Source: an uncultured Candidatus Saccharibacteria bacterium (lineage in GTDB: Bacteria > Patescibacteriota > UBA1384 > CAYGGE01). Taken from it: DNA of 64,000 bases. Each line of letters begins with the position of its first letter. The stretch's first letter is position 1. Where the stretch lies: assembly GCA_964349485.1 (NCBI GenBank), contig CAYGGE010000001.1, positions 4,665-68,664 on the forward strand. Reading direction: 5' to 3'. This document shows, in pieces, positions 1 to 8,744 of the stretch. The translations under genes and the position numbers were made by a program. The notes below the pieces were generated by a model. It searched no databases. It was not told the DNA's origin and saw only the letters and a list, made by a program, of their open reading frames with translations.

Positions 1-523
1 GATCATCATCTTCCATCTCATCACAGCGTACGTGATCAAGCGATATGATGAAGTGTGGCTCGGCTTCAGCAAGAAACCAGTGGAGATTTTTGATCGGCAG
101 ACTAAGCTCCCTAGCTAGGTCCTCGTCGCACACGCTGTGTGAACCGTTACGAATCTCCAGAAGCAAAAGTGCCTGGTTCAGCCGTTTTTGTTTGACGCGG
201 ACACTACGGGGAACCCAATCTTCTTGACGTAGATACTCATGCATCGCACCACGGATGCATTTGATTGCGTAGGACTCGAACTTAGCACCCCGAGTTGATT
301 CAAAGCGATGAATCGCCCTAAATAGGGCGATCGAACCTACCTGCATCAAATCATCAATCAAGATATGAATTGGGATCGTGGGGATGGTTCGACATCGGGT
401 TATGGTGACGAGGTGAAGATAGTGCTCATAGAGAGCTTGCCCAGCACGTTGGTTGCCATCTCGTTTAAACTGCTTCCAGAGTAACGAGACATCTTTTTCC
501 AGCTCGACTGATTTTTGACTCAT
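1..523 (-). CDS. RNA polymerase sigma factor, sigma-70 family (FliA/sigma-28-like); C-terminus lies beyond the left window edge
   Basis: ATG at complement of 521-523 and an open frame to position 1 (about 174 aa, no stops, translated by hand). The sequence ...DDLMQVGSIALFRAIHRFESTRGAKFESYAIKCIRGAMHEYLRQEDWVPRSVRVKQKRLNQA matches sigma region 2 and the IRGA-EYLR-DWVPRSVR block typical of FliA-type sigma factors. It is absent from the ORF track because it runs off the edge. Confidence 0.7.
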   Translation of the reverse strand, partial: MSQKSVELEKDVSLLWKQFKRDGNQRAGQALYEHYLHLVTITRCRTIPTIPIHILIDDLMQVGSIALFRAIHRFESTRGAKFESYAIKCIRGAMHEYLRQEDWVPRSVRVKQKRLNQALLLLEIRNGSHSVCDEDLARELSLPIKNLHWFLAEAEPHFIISLDHVRCDEMEDDD

Positions 524-628
524 AACGTCACTCCAAAAAAGGACACCGGACCGTTTACCGGATGGAAGTTAGATTATCATAGACTAACCTATTAGACAAA
601 TAGAGTGCTAGAGAGGCTTAGCGGATGG

Positions 629-2269
629 TCACTTAGCCTTAATTGCCACTCTAACGAACTCTTTAAATAATGGATGCGGTTTTTGAGGTCTCGATTTAAA
701 CTCAGGGTGGAACTGGACGCCCACGAAGAATGGATGCTTATCGGCCGGTAGTTCAACGATCTCAACTAGGTGGCCGTCCGGTGATGTACCAGCGATGACC
801 AAACCTTTTTCAGCCAGTTTCTCACGATAGTCGTTATTAAACTCGTAACGATGGCGATGGCGCTCGCTGATATCGCCTTTGCCGTAAGCCTTGGCGGACA
901 AGGTACCATCTTTGAGAACGCAAGGATAGGCGCCTAGTCGCATCGAGTTTCCATAGTCATTATCGAGTAGCTTCTTCTCTTGCTCGGGCATGATGTGGAT
1001 GACCGGGTGACTGGTTTTAGAACTGATCTCAGTCGTATTGGCAGTTTTGAGTCCGGCGACATGGCGGGCAAATTCAATCGTTGCCAATTGCATACCGTAG
1101 CACAAACCAAGGTATGGGATCTTATGTAAGCGAACATATTCAATCGCCTCAATAATCCCTTCAACTGCCCTCGAACCAAAACCGCCCGGGACAATAATGC
1201 CGTCGAACTTCGAGAGCTCTTTGAGTTTCTTGGGATCCTTCTCATAGTCCTCTGAGTTTAGCCAAGTCAGGACAGGCTTGCGGCTATTGGCCCAGGCGGC
1301 ATGCTTGATCGATTCAATGACCGAGATATAGACATCGGACAACACAAAGTTACCGGAAGAGAAATATTTACCTAAGACCCCGATATGAACTTCTTTCTTG
1401 TAGCCTTTGATCTCTTTATTCCACGCTCTCCACGAGTTGAAGGCATTCTTTCGGGCCTTAAGCCCAACTTTACGTAAGATCTTGGTTCCTAAGTCTTGAT
1501 CGTCGTAAACTACTGGTACTTCATAGACGCTAGCCACATTGGGTGACGAGATAATATCTTGGGCATGGACATTACATAGAACGCTCATCTTCTTTTTTCT
1601 TGGTTCGTCGACCGGTTGTTCCGATCTTGCAACGATAAAGTCAGCTTGAATCCCGGCCGCATTAAGCGTTCGGGAAGCGTACTGGGTAGGCTTAGTTTTC
1701 ATCTCGCCGAGCTGAGACGGGATGGGCAAATAACTGACTAACACAAATAGCACATCGTCGGGATTTTCATATTTCATGGTTCGAGCCGCTTCCAGAAAAA
1801 GGATGTTTTGGTACTCACCAACAGTTCCACCGATCTCAACGATCACAAAATCGGCCTTCGAATGTTTGGCGGCATTTTTAATCCGACGGATAATCTCCTC
1901 AGGAACGTGGGGGACGACTTCCACACACTTGCCACCGTATTCAAGGGCTCGTTCACGATTGATGACTGTTTGGTAGACCCGACCAGTAGTCATATAGTTA
2001 ACTGAAAGTATATCGACATCGAGAAATCGTTCGTAGTTACCAATATCCTGGTCGGTTTCATCGCCGTCGTCGGTCACAAAGACTTCACCGTGCTCAACGG
2101 GGTTCATGGTACCGGCATCGACGTTAACGTACGGATCCATCTTGACTGCAGTGACTTCGAAACCTTTGCTCTTAAGCAATCGGCCGATTGCCGCGGCAGA
2201 AGTACCCTTACCAACACCACTCATGACGCCACCGACGATGAAGATGTACTTGGTCGATTGCTTGGCCAT
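629..2269 (-). CDS. pyrG: CTP synthase
   Basis: 546 aa. N-terminal synthetase domain with P-loop VGGVMSGVGKGTSAAAIG and C-terminal glutamine amidotransferase domain (GLCYGMQ and the HPEF histidine). Length and architecture are canonical. Confidence 0.95.
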   Translation of the reverse strand: MAKQSTKYIFIVGGVMSGVGKGTSAAAIGRLLKSKGFEVTAVKMDPYVNVDAGTMNPVEHGEVFVTDDGDETDQDIGNYERFLDVDILSVNYMTTGRVYQTVINRERALEYGGKCVEVVPHVPEEIIRRIKNAAKHSKADFVIVEIGGTVGEYQNILFLEAARTMKYENPDDVLFVLVSYLPIPSQLGEMKTKPTQYASRTLNAAGIQADFIVARSEQPVDEPRKKKMSVLCNVHAQDIISSPNVASVYEVPVVYDDQDLGTKILRKVGLKARKNAFNSWRAWNKEIKGYKKEVHIGVLGKYFSSGNFVLSDVYISVIESIKHAAWANSRKPVLTWLNSEDYEKDPKKLKELSKFDGIIVPGGFGSRAVEGIIEAIEYVRLHKIPYLGLCYGMQLATIEFARHVAGLKTANTTEISSKTSHPVIHIMPEQEKKLLDNDYGNSMRLGAYPCVLKDGTLSAKAYGKGDISERHRHRYEFNNDYREKLAEKGLVIAGTSPDGHLVEIVELPADKHPFFVGVQFHPEFKSRPQKPHPLFKEFVRVAIKAK

Positions 2270-2420
2270 GATTATCTCCCGGAATTAATAGTAGTTCATT
2301 AAAAAAAGACTGTCGGGGGAATCGCCAGGGCGGCGAAGAGGAGAGCCCTTCAGTCATGGCTGCGCTACATGCGGAGCCCTTATCAACATATCGGATAATC
2401 TTTTCACTGTCAAATACGTG

Positions 2421-2448
2421 GTTGGCGGCCAGAAACCCGGCCGCCAAC
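2421..2448 (-). terminator. GC-rich hairpin (10-bp perfect stem GTTGGCGGCC / GGCCGCCAAC, 8-nt loop) directly 3' of the WD40 gene; possible terminator
   Basis: Inverted repeat read directly at 2421-2430 and 2439-2448. It lies 11 nt downstream of the minus-strand stop at 2459. The flanking U-tract is weak. Confidence 0.35.
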
Positions 2449-2458
2449 ATTTACGGGA

Positions 2459-3556
2459 CTAGTCCGGCAAGAGACTCTGCAGTTGGACATTGCCCTTTTG
2501 GTCACCGCTGGCTAGGCGCTGTCCATCGGGTGAGAAGCAGAGGGCAGTTATCGGCTCGGTTCTAGCGAAGGATTGGAGCTCCTTCGCCTCGAGCAGGGAC
2601 CAAAGCGTGACGCTCTTATCATTCCCGCCGGTTGCGAGCAGTTTGCCGTCGGGTGAGATCGCTAGCACAGTTGCGGTTTTGGCTAGTGACTGCCAGACGA
2701 CTGTGCCATCGATGATACGGCCCAGCTGAACCAAACTTTTCGCGTCAATCGCCACCAAGAGCGGCGATTCGCCTGGCTTGATGGTAAGGTAGGGACGATC
2801 GACGACGTTGACTGGGTATGTTGCCGTCGGTTCTTTGGCCCCAACCTTCCAGTGATCAAGCCGATAAGCTAGGTCCTCGACCGGAAAAGGAATCGGCCCT
2901 GCGAGCAGTCGCGTTGGTTTGCCGATTGATCGCGTCCCAACAAACCAGCACTCATCGGGCGACTTGCCATTGACAGCAAGAAGTCGTTGATACTTTGGAT
3001 GGAAAGTTGACTTTCGACCAGACCACGGTATGCAGTCGATAACCTCTCGGGTTGCCGTGATTAGCCGCTCGCCTAACACAACCGTAACGAGCGGACTCCC
3101 ATAGAAGTAGAGTGGATCACTATCCCATGTTCTGTTGATGGCAACCTCGAATCGGTCGAGCACACTAGTGTATCCGACCATCATACTCGTCGTGCTCTTT
3201 GGTTGGTCGATCCGACGTCGCTGGATAATCGGCTGATGCCCGAGGCAGGCTAAACGTTTACCACAACAACAGAAAGTCAGCTTGTCCACGACATTCGCAT
3301 GGCTCATGAAGGTCCGTTTAGTCCGGGTTTTTAGGTCCCAGATCTTCACGAAACGGTCATCTCCACCGGCCGCCAACGATTGACCATCCGGCGAGAAGGC
3401 GAGCGCACGCACCGCGTCATGAAACGCGAATCTGGCTATCGGGTCAGCCAAGACGGGAACTGCCCAGATCGAGAGACCAGTTAGAGCCAGACAGAAAGAA
3501 CGGTAACTCATCGATTTTCTCCATCGCATGTAGCGAATTGTCCAAGGTACAGCCAC
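2459..3556 (-). CDS. Secreted WD40-repeat (beta-propeller) protein with a non-WD central insert
   Basis: N-terminal signal-like segment MSYRSFCLALTGLSIWAVPVLA. WD40 repeats at both ends (FSPDGQSLAAGGDDRFVKIWDL; ISPDGKLLATGGNDKSVTLWSL; FSPDGQRLASGDQKGNVQLQSL). The central roughly 150 aa has no repeat signature. Confidence 0.7.
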   Translation of the reverse strand: MAVPWTIRYMRWRKSMSYRSFCLALTGLSIWAVPVLADPIARFAFHDAVRALAFSPDGQSLAAGGDDRFVKIWDLKTRTKRTFMSHANVVDKLTFCCCGKRLACLGHQPIIQRRRIDQPKSTTSMMVGYTSVLDRFEVAINRTWDSDPLYFYGSPLVTVVLGERLITATREVIDCIPWSGRKSTFHPKYQRLLAVNGKSPDECWFVGTRSIGKPTRLLAGPIPFPVEDLAYRLDHWKVGAKEPTATYPVNVVDRPYLTIKPGESPLLVAIDAKSLVQLGRIIDGTVVWQSLAKTATVLAISPDGKLLATGGNDKSVTLWSLLEAKELQSFARTEPITALCFSPDGQRLASGDQKGNVQLQSLLPD

Positions 3557-3627
3557 GATTACTTTACCCTGCTACTGGGTAAAAAACAAGTTTGTCTCTA
3601 GCTTTTTCTCCTGTATTTTTGTAGAGT

Positions 3628-5439
3628 ATGGATACGAAAGGATCCCCTATGACCGAGATCTTGACGAAACTCGACAGCGCAAAACAGACCGGTGCACTGA
3701 GTGAAGCGGCTGTAATGAACATCAGGGCCTGGCTCATGAACGATCAGTTAGCTGATTTCCACCAACAGATCGTAAAACTGATTGATCAAAGTGATTGGCA
3801 GACGCTTTCCGATGATTTTTATACTCAACTTGAATTCGGGACAGCTGGGATCCGTGGCCGGACCGGACTTGGCTCGGCTAGGATCAATCGTTGGACTGTC
3901 GGTACAGCCACCCAGGGCTTAGCTGATTATATTCAACTAGCCGGTAATCCAACAAAGGGTGTAGTGATTGGCTCGGATACTCGCCTAACTAGCCCTGAAT
4001 TCGTCGAGTTAGTGATAAATATTCTCTCGTCCAACGACATTAAGGTCTATCGCTTTAAGAACCCGCCCCAGGTCGGCATGTTCTCATTTGCCGTAAGGCA
4101 TTTCAAAGCCCAAGCCGGTATCTACATCTCCGCCTCCCACAACCCACCGACCGATAACGGCCTGAAGATCTATTGGGAAGATGGCGCCCAGCTCCTCCCA
4201 CCCCACGACAAAGCGCTGATTGAGGCGGTGAAAAAGGTCGCGAAGTTTAACCAGACAACCAGACAACCAGACAATCAGACAACCATCATAGGTGAATCGT
4301 TTGATGAGACCTACCGTCACCGTGTCTTACAGGAATCTGTCTACGACGGACGAAGTGCCAAGATCGTCTATTCACCCTTCCATGGCACCGGCATCTACGG
4401 TGTACTACCGATCATGCGCGAAGCAGGCTTCGAAGTGATCACTGTCGACGAGCAGATGACCCCAGATGGTAACTTTCCCAATATACCAGGCGGCATACCC
4501 AACCCTCAAAACCGAGAGTCCAATACTCTAACCGCCCAAAAAGTACTAGAGACAGGCGCCGATGTGGGCATATCGACTGATCCCGACGCTGATCGATTAG
4601 CTTTAGTCGTACCAAAAGGAGACACCACATTCATCTTAGACGGCAATGAAACAGCGACATTGCTAGCTTACTTCATCTGTAAACAACTCAAAGAGGGACA
4701 TAAACTACCCACTAATGGGTTTTTAGTTCGGACTTTCGTATCGACTCCCATGATCGATGCCATCGCCGACGACTTTGGTCTGAAGTATTACAGTGACTTG
4801 CCCGTTGGCTTTAAATTTATAGGTGAGTGCATTAAACAGCACGAAGATGTAGGCAATGAACTGTTCATCTTTGCAGGTGAAGAAAGCTTTGGTTGTCTCA
4901 AAGGCTCTTACGCTCGAGATAAGGATGCTTCATCGGCAGTCTTAATTGCCGCTGAAATGATAAGCTGGCTCAAAGACACGGGTAAAACCGTCTGGGATCT
5001 GCTCGACGAGGTCTACAACAAGTACGGTTATTACTTGCTTGATCTTGTAGATATCAAAATCGAAGGCGCATCTGGTTTCGATACCATGACTAAGCTCATG
5101 AACGGTCTGCGCAGTGCACCACCACAGACGATTGGTAGCTGGAATGTTAAGCGAGTTATCGACCGGTCATGCAACGAAGTTAAAGATAATTCAAGCGAAG
5201 TGATAGAGAAACTTGTGGGACACACCACCAATGCGATCATCTTAGAGCTTTCTGACGATCATAATAATTGGGTCGTTGTCCGACCATCGGGTACTGAGCC
5301 AAAAGTGAAGCTCTATACCTGTGTCTATCAACCTGTGACAGGTAGTAAATCTATCGCTTCGGTTCGAGAGACTGCATTGCAAACTAGCCAACAACTCAAA
5401 ACAGCAATAACCACACTGGTTGAGCGATCAACTAGCTAG
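3628..5439 (+). CDS. Phosphoglucomutase/phosphomannomutase (alpha-D-phosphohexomutase family)
   Basis: Catalytic serine loop SASHNPPTDNGLKIY, metal-binding DPDADRLALV, GEESFG sugar-binding loop, and FGTAGIRG near the N-terminus. The true start is possibly ATG 3649 (MTEILTK), which has AAGGA 8 nt upstream. Confidence 0.9.
   Translation: MDTKGSPMTEILTKLDSAKQTGALSEAAVMNIRAWLMNDQLADFHQQIVKLIDQSDWQTLSDDFYTQLEFGTAGIRGRTGLGSARINRWTVGTATQGLADYIQLAGNPTKGVVIGSDTRLTSPEFVELVINILSSNDIKVYRFKNPPQVGMFSFAVRHFKAQAGIYISASHNPPTDNGLKIYWEDGAQLLPPHDKALIEAVKKVAKFNQTTRQPDNQTTIIGESFDETYRHRVLQESVYDGRSAKIVYSPFHGTGIYGVLPIMREAGFEVITVDEQMTPDGNFPNIPGGIPNPQNRESNTLTAQKVLETGADVGISTDPDADRLALVVPKGDTTFILDGNETATLLAYFICKQLKEGHKLPTNGFLVRTFVSTPMIDAIADDFGLKYYSDLPVGFKFIGECIKQHEDVGNELFIFAGEESFGCLKGSYARDKDASSAVLIAAEMISWLKDTGKTVWDLLDEVYNKYGYYLLDLVDIKIEGASGFDTMTKLMNGLRSAPPQTIGSWNVKRVIDRSCNEVKDNSSEVIEKLVGHTTNAIILELSDDHNNWVVVRPSGTEPKVKLYTCVYQPVTGSKSIASVRETALQTSQQLKTAITTLVERSTS
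4249..4281 (+). repeat. In-frame microsatellite (CAGACAAC-like unit x4) inside the phosphoglucomutase gene
   Basis: The DNA reads ccagacaaccagacaaccagacaatcagacaacc, encoding QTTRQPDNQTT. The 13-mer aaccagacaacca recurs at 9083-9095 in the groEL leader. Confidence 0.6.
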
Positions 5440-5447
5440 GAGGACTT

Positions 5448-5828
5448 ATGGAACGAAATATGAACGGAGAACCGATATTTGACAGTGGAGCCAATGGTAA
5501 TCGGCGTGAGACTGACCGCCTGGGTGGTTTCAATATCACGGTCTCCAATATCATTGCTCACGAAATACCCGGACCGACTGAATACCATGTCTCTGCAAGT
5601 CCAGAGATCGATGATACTAAATTATATGAGCAAGATATAAAACCACTAGAGAGAACATACATTGTAACCTCTTTCACTGACGGAAAGTCTGGTGCGACAC
5701 TTAATTCCTATGAGATAAGCAGACTTAAGGATAGTCATGCGGCACTCAGGTTGGAAGTGAATCCAACTAGTCAGCCCGAGAGCCCAGAGAACAGCGACCA
5801 AAAAAGTTATCGAGCGATAGTCAATTGA
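5448..5828 (+). CDS. Hypothetical protein (126 aa), probably co-transcribed with phosphoglucomutase
   Basis: AGGAGG 5 nt upstream of the ATG, 8 nt after the PGM stop. No recognizable motif. Confidence 0.55.
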   Translation: MERNMNGEPIFDSGANGNRRETDRLGGFNITVSNIIAHEIPGPTEYHVSASPEIDDTKLYEQDIKPLERTYIVTSFTDGKSGATLNSYEISRLKDSHAALRLEVNPTSQPESPENSDQKSYRAIVN

Positions 5829-5860
5829 GCCGTCTGATTATGCACTATCAGTCAATAGCT

Positions 5861-6844
5861 CTAAAGTAAACCAACTTTCTGCTTTATCTGTTTGAGCGAT
5901 AGACTGGCCACTACCTGAGCTTTAGCGGCTCCATCTTTTAGAACAACGTCTAGAGCTGATTTGTCGAGAATTAAAGCCTGATACTTTACTTGAATAGGTG
6001 TCAGGAAATTAACAATTTCATCAGCTAGATCAGCCTTAAACCGACCATATCCGGTAGAGCCATAATCCTGTTCTAAATCGCTTATTTCACGATCACTAAT
6101 CGCTGAAAAAATAGTAAGTAAGTTGCTAATCGCTGGTTTGTGCTGCTTATCAAACCGCACCTCAGCTTCTGAATCGGTCACCGCACTTTTAATTTTTTCC
6201 CGAATTTGCGCTGGATTATCCAACAAACTAATGTAATTATTGGGACCCAACGACTTACTCATTTTTTTACTCGGATTATCGAGAGCCATTATCCGGGCGG
6301 TCTGTTCAGGTAGGTAAGGATCGGGGACGACAAAGGTTTTGCCGTACTTAGTGTTGAACCGTGTAGCCAGATTACGAGTCAGCTCAACGTGCTGTTTCTG
6401 GTCATCGCCGACAGGCACGAGTTGGGGCTGATATAGCAAGATATCTGCCGACATTAGCACTGGATAAGTAAAGAGACCAGCCGAAACAGATTCTTGGTCT
6501 TCACCAGCCTTATCTTTGTACTGCGTCATCCGGCGCAATTCACCCATGTAAGTAATACAATTCAAAATCCAAGCTAGCTCGGTATGCTCAGGCACCATCG
6601 ACTGAACAAAAAGGGTAGCTTTTTTAGGATCAAGACCAAGCGCCAGATAGAGAGCAGTTAGTTTGTAAACGTTCTCCCGCAAGACATCTGGCTTGATCGG
6701 CATGGTTAAGGCATGCAGATTAACAATCATGTAGAAAGCCTCATGAACTTCTTGGAACTCAAGCCACTGCTTGACCGCCCCAATGTAGTTACCGAGATGA
6801 AGCTCACCATTGCCGGTCGGCTGGATACCTGAGAGAACTCGCAT
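5861..6844 (-). CDS. trpS: Tryptophanyl-tRNA synthetase
   Basis: 327 aa class I aaRS. The HIGH-type motif is GIQPTGNGELHLGNYIGA. KMSKS is present. Size and motif spacing are typical of TrpS. Confidence 0.9.
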   Translation of the reverse strand: MRVLSGIQPTGNGELHLGNYIGAVKQWLEFQEVHEAFYMIVNLHALTMPIKPDVLRENVYKLTALYLALGLDPKKATLFVQSMVPEHTELAWILNCITYMGELRRMTQYKDKAGEDQESVSAGLFTYPVLMSADILLYQPQLVPVGDDQKQHVELTRNLATRFNTKYGKTFVVPDPYLPEQTARIMALDNPSKKMSKSLGPNNYISLLDNPAQIREKIKSAVTDSEAEVRFDKQHKPAISNLLTIFSAISDREISDLEQDYGSTGYGRFKADLADEIVNFLTPIQVKYQALILDKSALDVVLKDGAAKAQVVASLSLKQIKQKVGLL

Positions 6845-6929
6845 AGAACCTTCACTTTCTATGAAAACTATACCGTATGATAGGATGTGAGTAAACAGGA
6901 AGCATAATCATTAGTTAATCGATATTACG

Positions 6930-7448
6930 ATGTCACATTGGCAAAACGACAATCAGCAAACACTGACGAAAGCACTAAAAATTATTCGGGCTATCCCTTT
7001 CACGCGGGGGATCTCCTTGACTGGCTCACAAGCCGAGCGTCGGGCAACGGCGAAAAGCGATATCGATCTTTTCGTACAGATCGAGCCGGATTGGATATGG
7101 AGTACTCGGTTTTTTGTGACCTTAATCGTCCACCTAGCAGGCATCCGACGGACTAATACAGATATTGCGGGCAAGATTTGTTTGAACTGGTTCGCGACGT
7201 TTAATGCTCCAGCGGACCAGAAAGATAGACTATACCTGCAGTTATGGCAGGCCACAAACAAGGAAGGAGGTAGTTTGAAACCATTTATGGAAAAAATGAT
7301 TTCAATTCTCCAGGGAAAATACGTAGAAAAATTACTAAAATATTATCAAATTAAGCGAATAGAGCGCGATCCAAGAACTCACATTATAGGATCGTTAGTC
7401 CGCCATTCGGACCAAGAGCTCGGTTTCCACCCGCCAAAGAACCGTTAG
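6930..7448 (+). CDS. Minimal nucleotidyltransferase-fold protein (Pol-beta-like NTase)
   Basis: GISLTGSQAERRATAKSDIDLFVQ fits the [GS]-x(9-13)-DxD nucleotidyltransferase signature. No HEPN partner lies adjacent. Confidence 0.5.
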   Translation: MSHWQNDNQQTLTKALKIIRAIPFTRGISLTGSQAERRATAKSDIDLFVQIEPDWIWSTRFFVTLIVHLAGIRRTNTDIAGKICLNWFATFNAPADQKDRLYLQLWQATNKEGGSLKPFMEKMISILQGKYVEKLLKYYQIKRIERDPRTHIIGSLVRHSDQELGFHPPKNR

Positions 7449-7453
7449 AATAG

Positions 7454-7483
7454 CAAAACCCGCCGCTCGAACCCGAGGGCGGG
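7454..7483 (-). terminator. Rho-independent terminator for the minus-strand small-membrane-protein pair
   Basis: Hairpin CCCGCCGCTCG-AACC-CGAGGGCGGG at 7459-7483. On the minus strand it is followed by the U-tract GGGUUUUGCUAUU (plus-strand 7454-7458 caaaa). Confidence 0.55.
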
Positions 7484-7510
7484 CATGTATTGCTCCCTGA
7501 ACCGATCATG

Positions 7511-7780
7511 TCACATGAAGTCGGGCAGTTTATACTGGCCCTTTTTCGCCTGTTGTTCCAATGTGAGACCGATCACTTGACAGGCAAATGAAAGGACGAC
7601 GAGAAAGGTGGACAGATAGTTGTCCAGGCGGTACTCGACCGCCGCTATAGCGAGTAATGTCACGGCGACGGCCGTCACTTTAACTTTCCATGACTCCCGC
7701 AGAAGACATGCTACATCTTCGTTCTTAGGTTTGGAAACGGCGGACTTGTCGAACCCCTTCTGGTGTACACTTGGCATCAC
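7511..7780 (-). CDS. Small membrane protein (89 aa), hypothetical
   Basis: ORF with a central hydrophobic segment (VTAVAVTLLAIAAVEY...LVVLSFACQVIGL). Its start overlaps the stop of the upstream ORF by 4 nt. Confidence 0.4.
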   Translation of the reverse strand: MMPSVHQKGFDKSAVSKPKNEDVACLLRESWKVKVTAVAVTLLAIAAVEYRLDNYLSTFLVVLSFACQVIGLTLEQQAKKGQYKLPDFM

Positions 7781-8037
7781 TGCTCCTCCTTTTCCAGGTG
7801 GATAATCACCAGCCTACAGACAAGCGTGATTAGCAGGAATACAATGGCCAGCTCGGGTAACCGCTGAGTCGCGGAAACCACCGCGAGAGCCAACACGCAA
7901 CAGGATGTCAAATCAATCCTTTTGATCTCCGTCTCCGGATCAATACCGCCGATATCTTCTTCTTCCCGCATTTTACCCAACCTTCCCCAAACGAGACAGC
8001 CACGATTGACGCGCTGTAAGTTTAAACTAAACCGCAC
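7777..8037 (-). CDS. Small membrane protein (86 aa), hypothetical
   Basis: Hydrophobic stretches (LTSCCVLALAVVSA; IVFLLITLVCRLVII). Translationally coupled to 7511-7780. Confidence 0.4.
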   Translation of the reverse strand: MRFSLNLQRVNRGCLVWGRLGKMREEEDIGGIDPETEIKRIDLTSCCVLALAVVSATQRLPELAIVFLLITLVCRLVIIHLEKEEQ

Positions 8038-8231
8038 CCTATGTCAAGGCTAGGACCTTCATTGAACCGACAATTGTAGGGTTAGTAGTGTCTGATGGCA
8101 TGACGAAACAAGTACAGGTCAGGACAATTAAAAAGCAGTCCGCCGGGTAAAACACCCAGGCGGACCGTGCAAGTTGTGCCACAGTAAGCCCAATGGGGCG
8201 GTGTGGCAAAGTAGCGATCGAGCCCAACTTT

Positions 8232-8354
8232 TTATAGATGAGACTCGGCGTTGGGGGTTCGCAGACCCTGGGCTGGCCAGTAGCCGGCCCGTAATTCAGA
8301 CAGTATCGCCGCGATCGCGGCGAGCAGCAGTAGTGCGAGGAAAATGTTGCGCAT
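8232..8354 (-). CDS. Candidate small hydrophobic peptide (about 40 aa) in a GC-rich islet
   Basis: Minus-strand ATG (complement of 8352-8354) gives MRNIFLALLLLAAIAAILSELRAGYWPAQGLRTPNAESHL. It lies 7 nt downstream of the stop of the preceding candidate peptide. It is below the ORF-track size cut-off. Confidence 0.3.
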   Translation of the reverse strand: MRNIFLALLLLAAIAAILSELRAGYWPAQGLRTPNAESHL

Positions 8355-8358
8355 GTAC

Positions 8359-8508
8359 TTCACTGCGTATCCTCCACTTTCACCCGAGCCGGGAAGCGGT
8401 TCGGGAACTCACGCTGTAAACATGCTCTTACTTCGGGCCAGAAGGCCCAGACGTAAAGTGGGGGAACCAACGCGATGCCCCCGAGTACCCACCAATTCAA
8501 TCCCAGCA
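8359..8508 (-). CDS. Candidate small membrane peptide (about 49 aa) in a GC-rich islet
   Basis: Strong SD AAAGGAGG sits 6 nt upstream of a TTG start (complement of 8506-8508). The product is MLGLNWWVLGGIALVPPLYVWAFWPEVRACLQREFPNRFPARVKVEDTQ. Coordinates are approximate to +/-1 nt. Confidence 0.35.
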
Positions 8509-8620
8509 ATTTATGCCTCCTTTCTGGGATGAAGCCACGCAGGGTCGAAAACGTAGCCTCCTAATCTAACACTTCTAAACCTGTTTGGTCAAGACAGAAT
8601 TGCTGAAATGTAAAGGGGAC

Positions 8621-8648
8621 TTGACATTTACTCTGCTGGCATTATAAT
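8621..8648 (+). promoter_or_regulatory. Sigma-70-type promoter of groES-groEL (TTGACA-N16-TATAAT)
   Basis: TTGACA at 8621-8626 and TATAAT at 8643-8648, about 95 nt upstream of groES. No CIRCE (TTAGCACTC-N9-GAGTGCTAA) was seen. Confidence 0.65.
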
Positions 8649-8744
8649 TATTGTCTGGTGCTAGGCTGCGTCTTGGTATCCCCCTTCCAAGAATGCCTAG
8701 CGCCGTGAGTCATCTGCTACCAAGATAAGTAGAAAGGAACCAAC

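Noticed and set aside
934-2450. Numerous 60-130-aa ORFs nested inside or antisense to pyrG, groEL, recQ, polA, valS and the giant genes (for example 934-1245 -, 9467-9841 -, 10204-10524 -, 51280-51756 -)
   Set aside because: They overlap high-confidence conserved genes in other frames, have no RBS or motif, and have composition typical of shadow ORFs.
8560-8744. HrcA CIRCE operator upstream of groES
   Set aside because: No TTAGCACTC-N9-GAGTGCTAA-like inverted repeat is present; only a plain sigma-70-type promoter.
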